Origin: Okeania sp. | Lineage (GTDB): Bacteria > Cyanobacteriota > Cyanobacteriia > Cyanobacteriales > Microcoleaceae | NCBI RefSeq assembly: GCF_035285525.1 | Contig: NZ_JAYKGW010000044.1 | Span: forward strand, 1-29,298 | Length of the DNA stretch: 29,298 bases | Reading direction: 5' to 3' | Shown here: piece by piece, positions 9,164 to 19,456 of the stretch | Layout: each line of letters begins with the position of its first letter | Position numbering within the stretch: position 1 is the stretch's first letter | The notes under the pieces: model-generated | What the model was told of the DNA's origin: nothing | Seen by the model: only the letters and a program-made list of their open reading frames with translations | Databases searched by the model: none | Program-made: the position numbers and the translations under genes

Positions 9164-9365
9164 TAAGCATTCAGCCTTCAGCTATCAGCTATTAGCTACT
9201 GCTTTTAGTTTGCGATAAAAGCTTTATTATTCAGAATGCAATATTTAAAAAAAAGCCAGTTTTCAAGTCTATGTTCATCTAAATCTCCTCCTTAATCTTG
9301 AGGTTTTTATTGCTGTTTCATAGCATTCAAGAGGAAGAGTTTACAGCTAGTAACTGAATGCTTAC
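9164..9365 (+). mobile_element. MITE-like element, family 2, copy B
   Basis: Perfect 11-bp terminal inverted repeat, TAAGCATTCAG (9164-9174) / CTGAATGCTTA (9354-9364). It is colinear with 7430-7648. Confidence 0.6.
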
Positions 9366-9482
9366 CCGTCTTCTTTTTTGCCTATTCTCTAGCTAAAACC
9401 AATAATTTTTTATCTTTCTTCAAATATTGATATATACCTCATTAAAACTATTTTAATTTATCAGTTATAGCAATACCTAAAA

Positions 9483-10097
9483 ATGGATTATCAACATTTA
9501 AACCAAGCAATTAAATTATTAATAGATGCTACCCAAAAATTAGAAAATATTGTTAGTGAAGCTCCGACAAATAAAGCTAATAATCAAACAATTGAAAATG
9601 CTAAAGAAACTATCAAAAAAGCTATGGCAGAAATATCTGCTACAGTTAAATCTCCAGTCATAAATCATATTCCCAATGAATTTTTAGCTAAAGCAGAAAG
9701 TTTAGGTATTCCCTTAGATGATATTGAAGTCATCGTCGCTATTTCTGAACACCATCCTAGTCAGTTATTAGGTGTATTAACAGAAATTGAAAATAGAGCC
9801 GAAAATATTAGACGTAGACGAGAATATTTTCTAATTCGATTACCAGAAATGCCTATAGAAAAATTAGGTTCTCGACTACCAATTATCAAAGCTAGCGATC
9901 TAAATTTACCAGAAGAACCAATTTCTAAAGAATATCGAGAAGCAATTAAATATAAATACAAAATAGATAAGTTAATCAAAAAAAGAGCTGTTTCTCAAAC
10001 ATCTATTTTTGCCAAAATTAAAGCTGCCGAGGAAAATTTAGCTCAATCTAAACTAGGGGAAAATAATTCTAATTTCGATGAGGAAATCCCATTTTAA
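9483..10097 (+). CDS. Hypothetical protein (204 aa), no recognised family
   Basis: Long ORF with non-repetitive, protein-like composition. I recognise no motifs in it. The antisense ORF 9761-9979 is a shadow. Confidence 0.6.
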   Translation: MDYQHLNQAIKLLIDATQKLENIVSEAPTNKANNQTIENAKETIKKAMAEISATVKSPVINHIPNEFLAKAESLGIPLDDIEVIVAISEHHPSQLLGVLTEIENRAENIRRRREYFLIRLPEMPIEKLGSRLPIIKASDLNLPEEPISKEYREAIKYKYKIDKLIKKRAVSQTSIFAKIKAAEENLAQSKLGENNSNFDEEIPF

Positions 10098-10424
10098 GTC
10101 AAGGTTGGGTAAATAAATAGGGCTGGCTGATTAAATTTAAAAGTATTCATAGATTCAGAATTATAAAGGAGGTACTCAGAATAATCTTAAGAGTAATTTT
10201 CTTTGCTTATATCTTCCAAAATATGAACTTTTTTACAATAGAAAAGATGAAAAATAGGTACTTTTTCCAGACATCAAAAAAGCTGAAACTTTTATCTATC
10301 AATTTTTTCATATTTATTCAGCAAACCCTAAATAAAATTCAAAAATGCAGTCAATAATTAGTTAAACATTAATTGATAGTAAGTATTATGACTAATAATA
10401 AACAGGATAATTGTGTTCAAAAAA

Positions 10425-10960
10425 ATGCCTTTTTTGCATCAAGCAATTATAAAGGGTAATTTGACTAAAATTAATAGTTTACTTGAAAATCAATAAATTG
10501 ATTTCTCAGAAAAATATAAAGGTTTTACGCCATTAGAAGCATCAATAAGAACTCATACAGAAATTGTCAAAGCTTTATTAACAGCAGGAGCTTCTGTATC
10601 TCAAAATCCAGGAAAATTATTAGAGCTATTACGCAGAATTTGGTCGAATAGAGAAAATAAAAAATGCTGTGAGATACTATTAGAATTTCTTAAAGCAGAT
10701 ATTTATGTCAATGCTAAACTTGATGAGGAAAAAACAATTTTAATAATAGCAATAAGGAAGAGTAACCTATCAATAATTAAAGCACTAATAGAAGCTAGTC
10801 CTGATCTGAATATTGTTCCTGAAAATATTATTGATGATAGAGATAATTTTGCTCTTTTTGAAGCAGCTTGCATTGGAGACCAAAAATCTTTGAATATCTA
10901 GCTCAATTTGTTTATAAAGAAGAAGTATCAAAAGAGGCTAAAAAATGTTTAGAAAGATAG
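10425..10960 (+). pseudogene. Ankyrin-repeat protein pseudogene
   Basis: The ANK-like translation is MPFLHQAIIKGNLTKINSLLENQ*IDFSEKYKGFTPLEASIRTHTEIVKALLTAGASV...ILIIAIRKSNLSIIKALIEASPDLN...ALFEAACIGDQK. There is an in-frame TAA at 10494-10496. After the A-run at 10882-10886 the ANK-like sequence continues only in another frame (IFEYLAQFVYKEEVSKEAKKCLER*), implying a 1-nt frameshift. Confidence 0.7.
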
Positions 10961-11038
10961 TTAATTATACAAGAGCGATAAATAATAAGCGAGCAAAAAA
11001 ACTTTCCCCCTTCTAGACATTTTTCTTTCTTCCTTCTG

Positions 11039-11932
11039 CTAATTAATTGCCATAATAGTATAACTGCCAAATATTTTGAGGACTTTTGTATAAGTTGTAA
11101 ATTCTTCTATTGCTGCCTTAACATAATCATCATTACTATTAGCTTCTATATCAATAAAAAATAAATAATCACCCAAAGATAACTTAGTCGGACGAGACTC
11201 TATTCTACTCATATTAATCTCCCTTTTCGCAAATACTTCCAATGGTTTAACTAAAGCTCCCGGTACATTTGCAGGAACAGTAAAACCCAAAGAAGTCAAA
11301 ACTAAACTTTCTGGTTTATTTATCCTATTAATTATTAGTTTTAAAGCCGAACTTTCTATCTCCTCAGAACCTTTTTTCAAGACTAAAAAACGGGTACAAT
11401 TATCAGGATAATCATTAATTGGAAAAGCTAATACAGGTAAATTATAAATTTCCGCAGCTCTTTGAGAAGCGATCGCTCCAGCACTCAAATCACTTTCTAA
11501 ATATTTTAATGCTTCCGTAGTAGAATTAGTTGGAATTTGCTGTACTTTTTGTGGCAAAAACTTTTCTAACCAACCTTGACATTGAGCTAAAGCTTGTGGA
11601 TGAGAATAAACAGTTTTAATCTCTTCAACACTATTAGCTAATGATATTAATCCATGAGAAATAGGTAAGACTAATGCTGTTTGAATTTGTAAAGTATCCA
11701 GTTGCCAAAGTGTATCTAAAGTCATAGTAACACTTCCCTCTATAGAATTTTCTACAGGTACAACTGCTAAATTAACTTGCTCTTGAGAAACTGCCCATAA
11801 AGCTTGAGTAATACTAGGATATGGGCATAAAACAGATTCTTGACCAAGCTGACTCAGTTGGTGAGAAAATGCTATTGTTGCTGTCTCTGTATAAGTTCCA
11901 GCAGGGCCAAGATGTGCGATAGATATGGTCAT
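11039..11932 (-). CDS. pheA: Prephenate dehydratase
   Basis: PDT domain beginning MTISIAHLGPAGTYTE, plus a C-terminal ACT domain with the ESRP motif (MSRIESRPTK). I start at the internal ATG at 11932. The 23-codon extension in the ORF track runs through a heptamer array. Confidence 0.9.
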   Translation of the reverse strand: MTISIAHLGPAGTYTETATIAFSHQLSQLGQESVLCPYPSITQALWAVSQEQVNLAVVPVENSIEGSVTMTLDTLWQLDTLQIQTALVLPISHGLISLANSVEEIKTVYSHPQALAQCQGWLEKFLPQKVQQIPTNSTTEALKYLESDLSAGAIASQRAAEIYNLPVLAFPINDYPDNCTRFLVLKKGSEEIESSALKLIINRINKPESLVLTSLGFTVPANVPGALVKPLEVFAKREINMSRIESRPTKLSLGDYLFFIDIEANSNDDYVKAAIEEFTTYTKVLKIFGSYTIMAIN

Positions 11933-12242
11933 TTCAGGAAATAGGAAATAGGGAATAGGGAACAGGGAACAGTTGAAAAAATATTCTAGTTGAGGATTCA
12001 TCTAGCTCAGGACTTAGGCAGTAACCATAGATATAGTGCTTAAAACCCCATACGCAATAGTTTTTTCACTCTATATACAGTACATTTGCGTAAGTTCTGA
12101 TAGATATAGTCATTTCAGAGAATAGGCAACAGGGAACATCGGATTCATCTAGCTCAGGACTTAGGCAGTAACCCTAGATATAGTGCTTAAAACCCCATAC
12201 GCAATAGTTTTTTCACTCTATATACAGTACATTTGCGTAAGT
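11918..12242. repeat. Tandem duplication (units 11918-12098 and 12099-12242) covering the pheA start codon and upstream region
   Basis: A 102-bp core is present twice with a single mismatch (11994-12095 and 12141-12242). The pheA start gatagatatGGTCATttcag is re-copied as gatagatatAGTCATttcag at 12099-12118. Confidence 0.85.
11937..11971. repeat. STRR-type heptamer array (GGAAATA/GGGAATA/GGGAACA), 5 units
   Basis: Direct reading. It begins 5 nt upstream of the pheA start codon. Confidence 0.85.
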
Positions 12243-12494
12243 CATGTAAATTTTACATTCAAGGAAATCTCTACAAATTTATATAATTTACACTTCGCAA
12301 AATTAAATTACATTTGTTTACTTATTTCTCATTAAGTCAGACAGTATTATTTGTGATAATTCATTAATTCTCCCTAATTCTCTCCCATTTATTGACCAAA
12401 CGTGAGCTGATACTTTAAGATGATCTAAATCACATTAATAAATGTGAATTTTAATTAAGATTTAGTTAAAATATATTGATTTAATTAAAAAATT

Positions 12495-13076
12495 ATGATT
12501 ATTAGATTTACAGCTTCACAATCAGTAGATATCCCCGTAGTAGAACAAAAAGTCCCTATTCAACATTACCTCCGTCAACCAAAGCGTTTAGTCAATGCTT
12601 TAACAGACTCAACCAGATTAGAGCAATTAGATGAAAATTATTTTCGTTTAAAAATGCGTCCTTTACACTTTATGACATTAACTATTCAACCTACTGTAGA
12701 TATGCGGTTGTGGTCTAGTTCTAGAGGTAAAATTTATTTAAAGTCAGAGAAATGTGAAATTCGTGGTGTAAAATATATAAACCAACGCTTTAATCTAAAT
12801 TTAACTGGCATTCTTGAAACCATGCAAATCAACGGAATTACTCATCTTAAAGGTAAAGCCGAGCTAGAAGTTAAAGTAGAATTACCCCCTCCACTATGGT
12901 TAACACCACTACCAGTCTTAGAAACAACTGGTAATGGCTTACTCAAAAGTGTATTATTGACAATCAAACAAAGACTTACCCATCAATTATTATTAGATTA
13001 TCGTCAATGGGCTTGTGATGAAACTAAGGTATTAGCTAAAGGCCAGCAAAGATCTGCTTTAGCTACTGGTAGCTAA
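12495..13076 (+). CDS. DUF1997-like conserved cyanobacterial protein
   Basis: 193 aa with the family-typical sequence RFTASQSV...IQHYLRQP.RLVNAL...GNGLLKSVLLTIKQRL. The family was recognised from memory. Confidence 0.8.
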   Translation: MIIRFTASQSVDIPVVEQKVPIQHYLRQPKRLVNALTDSTRLEQLDENYFRLKMRPLHFMTLTIQPTVDMRLWSSSRGKIYLKSEKCEIRGVKYINQRFNLNLTGILETMQINGITHLKGKAELEVKVELPPPLWLTPLPVLETTGNGLLKSVLLTIKQRLTHQLLLDYRQWACDETKVLAKGQQRSALATGS

Positions 13077-13119
13077 AGTCAATCAGATCCGGTATTTACA
13101 AATAGAAGCTTTCGCCTTA

Positions 13120-13758
13120 TTATTTTAAAGTATCCTTCAAAACAGTTCGGGCTGCAAGATGACTACGAGTAGAACTAAGAATTTCTGCCTCTCTTTCTAA
13201 TCTTGCAGCAGTGTCCCGCATTTCCAAAAGAGCTTGCTGTTCAGTTGCCACACCATAAAGATTACTAGCCACCCAATAAGACAATTCTTCTGGTAAACTA
13301 GGGATATCTTCTGGCAACTCTATTTTCTGATCCATCAGTTTTCCAGAAAGATGAACTACATCTCTAAGTAAAACCTCAACTTGATTTGCCAAATCTCCAA
13401 GCTCATTTTCTGAAGGCTTATCTTCTATCCATTCAACTAAACCAACTAAATACGGTTTCTCTCTAACCATATCTAAAACTCTAAATCTCTGCTCACCTAT
13501 CGTTAAAACTTTCATTCGATCATCAGGTAAGCGTTGATAATCCTCAATTTTAGCACAACATCCAGTTGCCACAACATGGTCTTGAGTAGAGTCCCACATT
13601 AAAACTCCAAATCTTTGATCGCTTTCCAGAATTGTATTCATCATAATTCTATAGCGAAATTCAAATATATGTAGGGGCAGAGGTCTACCTGGAAATAAAA
13701 CTACTTCTGGTAAGGGAAATAAGGGAAGTTCTCGAACAGCTATAGAAGAGGATGCCAT
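13120..13758 (-). CDS. LON peptidase N-terminal (substrate-binding) domain protein
   Basis: 212 aa starting with the LON-domain signature LPLFPLPEVVLFPGRPLPLHIFEFRYR. There is no ATPase or protease part. Confidence 0.85.
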   Translation of the reverse strand: MASSSIAVRELPLFPLPEVVLFPGRPLPLHIFEFRYRIMMNTILESDQRFGVLMWDSTQDHVVATGCCAKIEDYQRLPDDRMKVLTIGEQRFRVLDMVREKPYLVGLVEWIEDKPSENELGDLANQVEVLLRDVVHLSGKLMDQKIELPEDIPSLPEELSYWVASNLYGVATEQQALLEMRDTAARLEREAEILSSTRSHLAARTVLKDTLK

Positions 13759-13904
13759 TTTGCTAGTATTAATAATTTTTTTATCGTTATACTTTTAATA
13801 CTTTAGCGGATTTTTCTATGCTTGAATATCTTTATACCTAATATTTTTCAGAATTCTGACATAAAAATTGAATAGGATTTAATTTGATATCCGGTTGAAG
13901 ATTT

Positions 13905-13980
13905 GTCATTGCGACCGAAGGGAAGTAATCTCAGGAGTGCGCGGAGATTCCTTCCTTCCACTCCGTTACAGTCGCTGCGG
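13905..13980. repeat. Structured hairpin repeat (GTCATTGCGA-type)
   Basis: Inner stem GGAAGTAATCTC (13921-13932) / GAGATTCCTTCC (13944-13955) pairs at 11 of 12 positions. Outer stem is GCGAC (13911-13915) / GTCGC (13971-13975). Confidence 0.45.
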
Positions 13981-14045
13981 ACTTGGATAAAAATTATCCA
14001 GATTTTATATATATTAAGAGTTTTGGTAAATGGCTTGTTCTTAAA

Positions 14046-14380
14046 GGTGTGTCATCAAGTTAGATGTTAGAAGCTTTATCAACAAAAATAGTCAACTGAC
14101 AAAGCTCAATCTATTTATTAGATCATTGGGGGCGGGTTTATCTAACTAACTGTGAAAATTAAATTGTTGTCCGGAAGTTGCATCGGCAAAAATGCGTTTC
14201 ATGTCGCTTAGCGTTTCATCCGCTCAAGCGCGGAAAACCTCCCTACTGAGAAAACCGCCCCTACCAACCACACAATTTCAGGCATGGTACTTTAGTATCT
14301 GAACCTACCCAACCGCGATCGCCATTTTCCAAATAACAGAGAGCAGCCTTTTTGTCAACTTATTTAATTGATGACACGCC
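14046..14380 (-). mobile_element. MITE-like element, family 1, copy 2 (335 bp, both termini intact)
   Basis: Terminal inverted repeats GGTGTGTCATCAA (14046-14058) / TTGATGACACGCC (14368-14380) match at 12/13. It is colinear with 1812-2097 in reverse orientation. The central part is longer and diverged. It contains a HIP1 site. Confidence 0.65.
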
Positions 14381-14448
14381 CTAGTTGAAAATTAATAACT
14401 ATTAGCAATCATAATATAACTATCCTAAAATTAGGTTGTCAAATATTA

Positions 14449-14489
14449 CTGTAGGGGTTTGGCCTCCAAACCTCATACAGTTTTTTTTT
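14449..14489 (+). terminator. Intrinsic-terminator-like hairpin with a T9 tract on the plus strand, possibly bidirectional
   Basis: CTGTA-gg-GGTTTGG-cct-CCAAACC-tca-TACAG followed by TTTTTTTTT (14481-14489). On the minus strand, 155 nt downstream of rpsJ, the same hairpin is preceded by A9 and followed by TAATATTT. Confidence 0.5.
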
Positions 14490-14635
14490 ACAAATCAAAT
14501 TATTTAAGACCAACATCTAAGAGCAAATACAATACCATTTTTTTTAAAGTATCTATCCTTAAATCATTGCTATGGCATTAACATTATTAATAATAATTAA
14601 CTCAACTCTTAGTTGCTCATAGCTTATTAATCTAT

Positions 14636-14953
14636 CTATAGCTTCACCTCAATATCCACACCTGCTGGTAAATCAAGTTTCATCAAAGCATCAATTGTTT
14701 TTGAGGAAGGTTGATAAATATCTATAATTCTACGATGAGTCCTAGTCTCAAAATGTTCTCGTGAATCTTTGTCAACGTGGGGCGATCGCAAGACACAATA
14801 AATGCGTCGTTTTGTGGGCATAGGTATTGGCCCGATGGCTGTGGCTCCAGTTCTATTTGCTGTATCTACAATTTTCTCACAAGATGTATCTAGTAAACGG
14901 CGGTCAAATGCCTTCAAACGAATCCGAATTTTTTGTTGTTGAATTGTGGCCAT
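14636..14953 (-). CDS. rpsJ: 30S ribosomal protein S10
   Basis: 105 aa starting [17 protein letters not shown] and continuing ...[18 protein letters not shown]. This is an unmistakable S10. Confidence 0.96.
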   Translation of the reverse strand: MATIQQQKIRIRLKAFDRRLLDTSCEKIVDTANRTGATAIGPIPMPTKRRIYCVLRSPHVDKDSREHFETRTHRRIIDIYQPSSKTIDALMKLDLPAGVDIEVKL

Positions 14954-15361
14954 TTCTCTTTAATTTTCTAGGTTCAGATTTTTAAGTTTTCAACTATAAA
15001 TTGCTAGTTTCATTAACTCGCAATAGACTATAACGAAGTCAGAAGTTATTTTTTTCAGGATAATATTTAAAGATAACTTATTCAAAATTATACAAACAAA
15101 GTAGATATCAATTGGATATTCTTAAAAATAGATTCTCCAGTTTATTTTTAGATAGTTATCTATAAATTGGTTTCCTTTTTTTTATCTTTACCCCTTCTTC
15201 CTTCTTCCTTCTTTATTAATAAGTAGCAGAAAAGCCAATATCAATAACTTACCGAATAATTAAATAATTCAGGTAAAAACTCTCTCTAAAAGGGAGCAGT
15301 AATTATCCATTATCCATTAATGAAAGTGCCTTTCTGCCACTTAAACTTTCAGGAAATTGTC

Positions 15362-16591
15362 CTACTCTATGATCTTAGAAACAACACCCGCACCAATAGT
15401 TCTACCACCTTCACGAATAGCAAAACGCATACCTTGCTCAATAGCTACTGGATTGATTAGTTGAACTGTCATTTTAATCCGGTCTCCTGGCATTACCATT
15501 TCTGCTGCACTACCATCATCAGCAGTAAAAGACTCAATAGCACCAGTCACATCAGTTGTCCGAATATAGAACTGAGGACGATAATTTGGGAAGAAAGGAG
15601 TATGACGGCCTCCTTCTTCCTTTTTCAGAACATATACTTCTGATTCAAATTTCTTGTGAGGAGTAATAGAACCTGGTTTAGCCAAAACCATACCACGTTG
15701 GATATCAGTTTTCTGCATACCACGCAATAGTAATCCCACATTATCACCAGCCATTCCTTCATCCAGAATTTTCTGGAACATTTCCACGCCCGTAACAGTT
15801 GTACTACGAGTATCTTTAATTCCTACCAATTCAACTGTTTCACCCACTTTCACTTTACCACGCTCAATCCGGCCTGTAGCTACAGTACCACGACCAGTAA
15901 TCGAGAATACGTCTTCTACTGCCATTAAGAATGGTTTGTCAACATCACGTTCTGGAGTAGGAATATAACCATCAACTTCATCCATCAGAGCCAAAATTTT
16001 ATCTACCCACTCATTTTCGCCCTTTCCTATCTTTGGATTAGCTGTTAATGCTTCTACTGCCTGTAATGCTGAACCAGCAGCAATCGGAATATTATCTCCA
16101 TCAAAATCATAGTCACTTAAAAGCTCCCGAACTTCCAATTCCACCAATTCCAAAAGTTCCTCATCATCCACCATATCTTGCTTATTGAGGAAAACAACAA
16201 TATTAGGAACCCCTACCTGCTTGGCCAATAGAATATGCTCGCGAGTTTGAGGCATTGGGCCATCAGCAGCAGAAACTACTAGAATTGCACCGTCCATTTG
16301 AGCTGCCCCTGTAATCATATTTTTTACATAGTCAGCGTGTCCAGGACAATCAACGTGGGCATAGTGACGTTGTTCTGTCTCATATTCTACATGAGCAGTA
16401 TTAATTGTAATACCCCGTGCCTTCTCTTCTGGCGCTGCGTCAATATCTGCATAATTTCTGGCCTTAGCCTTTCCTTGTGCTGCTAGACTCATGGTAATTG
16501 CAGCAGTCAAAGTAGTTTTGCCGTGGTCAACGTGGCCAATAGTTCCAATATTGACGTGAGGTTTATTTCTTTCAAATTTTGCGCGTGCCAT
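15362..16591 (-). CDS. tuf: Elongation factor Tu
   Basis: 409 aa with [14 protein letters not shown] and NKQD GTPase motifs. Full-length EF-Tu. Confidence 0.98.
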   Translation of the reverse strand: MARAKFERNKPHVNIGTIGHVDHGKTTLTAAITMSLAAQGKAKARNYADIDAAPEEKARGITINTAHVEYETEQRHYAHVDCPGHADYVKNMITGAAQMDGAILVVSAADGPMPQTREHILLAKQVGVPNIVVFLNKQDMVDDEELLELVELEVRELLSDYDFDGDNIPIAAGSALQAVEALTANPKIGKGENEWVDKILALMDEVDGYIPTPERDVDKPFLMAVEDVFSITGRGTVATGRIERGKVKVGETVELVGIKDTRSTTVTGVEMFQKILDEGMAGDNVGLLLRGMQKTDIQRGMVLAKPGSITPHKKFESEVYVLKKEEGGRHTPFFPNYRPQFYIRTTDVTGAIESFTADDGSAAEMVMPGDRIKMTVQLINPVAIEQGMRFAIREGGRTIGAGVVSKIIE

Positions 16592-16640
16592 TAATTATTT
16601 GTTCCTTTTTTTCCTTCGTTAATTCCGTTTCCTTTTAATA

Positions 16641-16765
16641 AGCAGTCAGCAGTCAGCTTTCAGCTTTCAGGTAGGATTCTGTTTTTTTTAATGGGTGATA
16701 AATTAAATTTTAACCCAAATTCAAAAAGCTCATAGCTGAATGCTAAAAACTAATAGCTAATTAAA
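16641..16765. repeat. Short repeat element with a heptamer array (AGCAGTC x2, AGCTTTC x2) and a GCTGAATGCT / CTAATAGCTA right end
   Basis: It shares end modules (cagct..cag on the left, agctgaatgct and taatagct on the right) with MITE-like family 2. It lies in the fusA-tuf spacer. Confidence 0.4.
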
Positions 16766-16974
16766 TAAGGAAACAGACGCACTGATTAATAATAGATAAA
16801 TTTGGAAAACTCTGCCTATTCTTTTACTTAATTTTTATCGGCTTTTGTTGGAAACAATTGCCTATTTTTTCAGTAAATTGCCAGTTTTCATTTAATTATC
16901 AATTTTTTTATTTTCCCATTATTCAGCTCAAAGCTTACATTCTAACCTAAAAAACACACAATTTACCAAACTAC

Positions 16975-19050
16975 TTAAACATATCCTCTGCTTTTAGCAA
17001 TGATAGTCTCAGCCACATTACGAGGTACTTCCTCATAATTGCTAAATTCCATTGAAAAAATACCACGACCTTGAGTTTTGGACCTCATATCAGTAGCATA
17101 ACCAAACATTTCTGCCAAAGGAACTTTTGCCGTTACTTTAGCCATGCTTGTTTCCATTCCTTGACCCTCTATTTGTCCTCTTCGAGAATTTAGGTCTCCA
17201 ATAATATTACCAATAAAATCTTCAGGTACTTCCACCTCTACTTTCATCATTGGCTCCAATAATACAGGTGCAGCCTTAGTTACAGCTTCTCTTATTGCCA
17301 TTGAACCAGCAATTTTAAAAGCCATTTCTGAAGAATCCACATCATGGAAAGAACCATCTACCAAAGTAGCCTTAACATCTATTAATGGATAACCAGCCAA
17401 AACCCCAGCTTCGCAAGCTTCCTTCATTCCTTGCTCTACTGGACTAATAAACTCTTGAGGTATTGTCCCTCCCACAATTTTCGAGACAAACTCAAAGCCA
17501 CTCCCTAATTTTCCTGGTTCCAATTCTATAATCACATGACCATATTGACCTTTACCACCACTTTGACGGATAAATTTACCCTCTGCTTGAACCTGTTGGC
17601 GAATAGTTTCTCGGTATGCTACCTGTGGTTGACCCACATTAGCTTCCACCTTATATTCCCGAAGCATCCTATCTACCAATATTTCCAGATGCAGTTCCCC
17701 CATACCAGCAATTACCGTTTGATTGGTTTCTGGATCGACACTCACTCGAAATGTAGGGTCTTCATCAGAAAGAGCTTGGAGAGCCTGAGATAATTTTTCC
17801 ATATCTTGCTTGGTTTTCGGTTCCACAGCCACAGATATAACTGGCTCAGGGACATAAAGAGATTCTAGGATAATTGGATTGTCTCTATCACAAACTGTAT
17901 CTCCTGTCAAGGTATGTTTCATACCTACAACCGCTCCCAAATCTCCTGCTCGTAGTTCATCTACATCTATTTTTTCATCAGCTTTCAAAACAATTAGACG
18001 AGAAATTTTCTCTTTCTTATTTTTAGTAGAATTTAGAATATAACTACTTTTAGCAAGAACTCCTGAATATACTCGCAGAAAGGTGAGACGGCCATAAGTA
18101 TCTGACATAATTTTGAAAGCCAGAGCTGCTAGGGGAGCCTCATCATCTGATAGTCTAGTATCCAAATCTCCATTTGGTAAAGTTCCTTGAATTGCTGGAA
18201 CTTCTGTAGGAGCTGGCAAATAATCTACTACTGCATCTAATAAAAGCTGAACGCCTCTATTTTTAAAAGCAGAGCCACATAACATAGGTACAATTGTACC
18301 TGCAATAGTAGCTTGACGTAGAGCTTTACGAATTTCCTCTGCTGTAAGTTCCTCATTTTCAAGATACTTCTCTGTTAAAGCATCATCAGTTTCTGCTACT
18401 GACTCAACCAACTTTAGACGATATTCTTCAGCCAATTCTTGCACATCTGCTGGAATTTCTGTTTCTTGAATATCCGTTCCCAGATCATTAGTATAGATAA
18501 AAGCTTTCATCCTCACTAAATCCACAATTCCCCTAAATTCATTTTCACTACCAATAGGAATTTGAATAGGAACTGCATTAGCACGGAGGCGATCACGAAT
18601 TTGCTCATATACTTTGAAAAAGTTAGCTCCTGTCCTGTCCATTTTATTGACAAAGGCCATGCGAGGAACTTGATAACGGTCAGCTTGTCGCCAAACCGTT
18701 TCTGACTGAGGTTGTACCCCACCAACAGAACAAAAAACAGCTATTATACCATCCAGAACCCTCATCGAACGTTCTACTTCTATTGTGAAGTCTACATGGC
18801 CTGGAGTATCAATAATATTAATTTGATGGTCTAACCATTTTGTACTAATAGCAGCCGCAGTAATAGTAATACCACGTTCTCGTTCTTGAGCCATCCAGTC
18901 GGTAACTGCGGTGCCATCATGAACCTCTCCCATTTTATGTACAATGCCAGAATAAAATAGGATTCTTTCTGTCGTTGTTGTTTTACCCGCATCAATATGA
19001 GCTGCGATACCAATATTTCGCACCCGCTCAAGTGGCATAGTTCTTCCCAC
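16975..19050 (-). CDS. fusA: Elongation factor G
   Basis: 691 aa with [14 protein letters not shown] and NKMD motifs. The GTG start at 19050 is preceded by a strong SD AAGGAGGTA (19058-19066) at a 7-nt spacing. Confidence 0.97.
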   Translation of the reverse strand: MGRTMPLERVRNIGIAAHIDAGKTTTTERILFYSGIVHKMGEVHDGTAVTDWMAQERERGITITAAAISTKWLDHQINIIDTPGHVDFTIEVERSMRVLDGIIAVFCSVGGVQPQSETVWRQADRYQVPRMAFVNKMDRTGANFFKVYEQIRDRLRANAVPIQIPIGSENEFRGIVDLVRMKAFIYTNDLGTDIQETEIPADVQELAEEYRLKLVESVAETDDALTEKYLENEELTAEEIRKALRQATIAGTIVPMLCGSAFKNRGVQLLLDAVVDYLPAPTEVPAIQGTLPNGDLDTRLSDDEAPLAALAFKIMSDTYGRLTFLRVYSGVLAKSSYILNSTKNKKEKISRLIVLKADEKIDVDELRAGDLGAVVGMKHTLTGDTVCDRDNPIILESLYVPEPVISVAVEPKTKQDMEKLSQALQALSDEDPTFRVSVDPETNQTVIAGMGELHLEILVDRMLREYKVEANVGQPQVAYRETIRQQVQAEGKFIRQSGGKGQYGHVIIELEPGKLGSGFEFVSKIVGGTIPQEFISPVEQGMKEACEAGVLAGYPLIDVKATLVDGSFHDVDSSEMAFKIAGSMAIREAVTKAAPVLLEPMMKVEVEVPEDFIGNIIGDLNSRRGQIEGQGMETSMAKVTAKVPLAEMFGYATDMRSKTQGRGIFSMEFSNYEEVPRNVAETIIAKSRGYV

Positions 19051-19422
19051 AGTTACCTACCTCCTTATCTGTGCTACCTTTTTTTATGGTTAGTTAAAAT
19101 GCTATGCTTTTGGAACAACTGCTATTTAGTTAGATATATCCAACATCTAAAATCATAGAAAATAAAATTTTAGGATTGGCTGAAAAAGTCTATCGAGCTA
19201 AAAACTAAGGATTAGAGAGTATTTCATAGTTAGGGTAAATTATAGTTATAGAGATAGTTGTTGTAAAGAATAATTGATTGATTTTTTTGCCTTTTGTTTA
19301 ACCAAAATGCTTACTTTTTCAAATCTATCAACCTAAAACCTGAAAATTTTTGATACTTAAAAAGGCTTTGATATTTAATCAGCAAGCCATTATTATTTTT
19401 ATGGATTATCAATTATTTTCCT

Positions 19423-19456
19423 CTAATCCCTAATCCCTACTCCCTACTCCCTAATT
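19423..19456. repeat. STRR-type heptamer array (CTAATCC x2, CTACTCC x2, CTAATT.)
   Basis: Direct reading. The array directly abuts the rpsG stop codon (19457-19459). Confidence 0.85.

Noticed and set aside
11933-12001. N-terminal extensions suggested by the ORF track (pheA 11933-12001, rpsG 19928-19978, IscA-like 21377-21451, cupin 22174-22200, J-TPR 2189-2212)
   Set aside because: The extensions run through heptamer arrays or AT-rich spacer, or begin at TTG. The conserved family N-termini start at the internal Met codons used in my calls.
12066-12113. Mini-ORF upstream of pheA considered as a pheL-type attenuation leader peptide
   Set aside because: Its 15 codons (MTISIRTYANVLYIE) contain no Phe codons. 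It is simply a duplicated copy of the pheA start. No alternative terminator/antiterminator pairing is evident.
15461-19031. ORFs antisense to or out of frame within tuf and fusA (15461-15643, 16298-16486, 17536-17793, 18516-18725, 18831-19031)
   Set aside because: They are embedded in highly conserved EF-Tu and EF-G coding sequence with no independent support. They are shadow ORFs.
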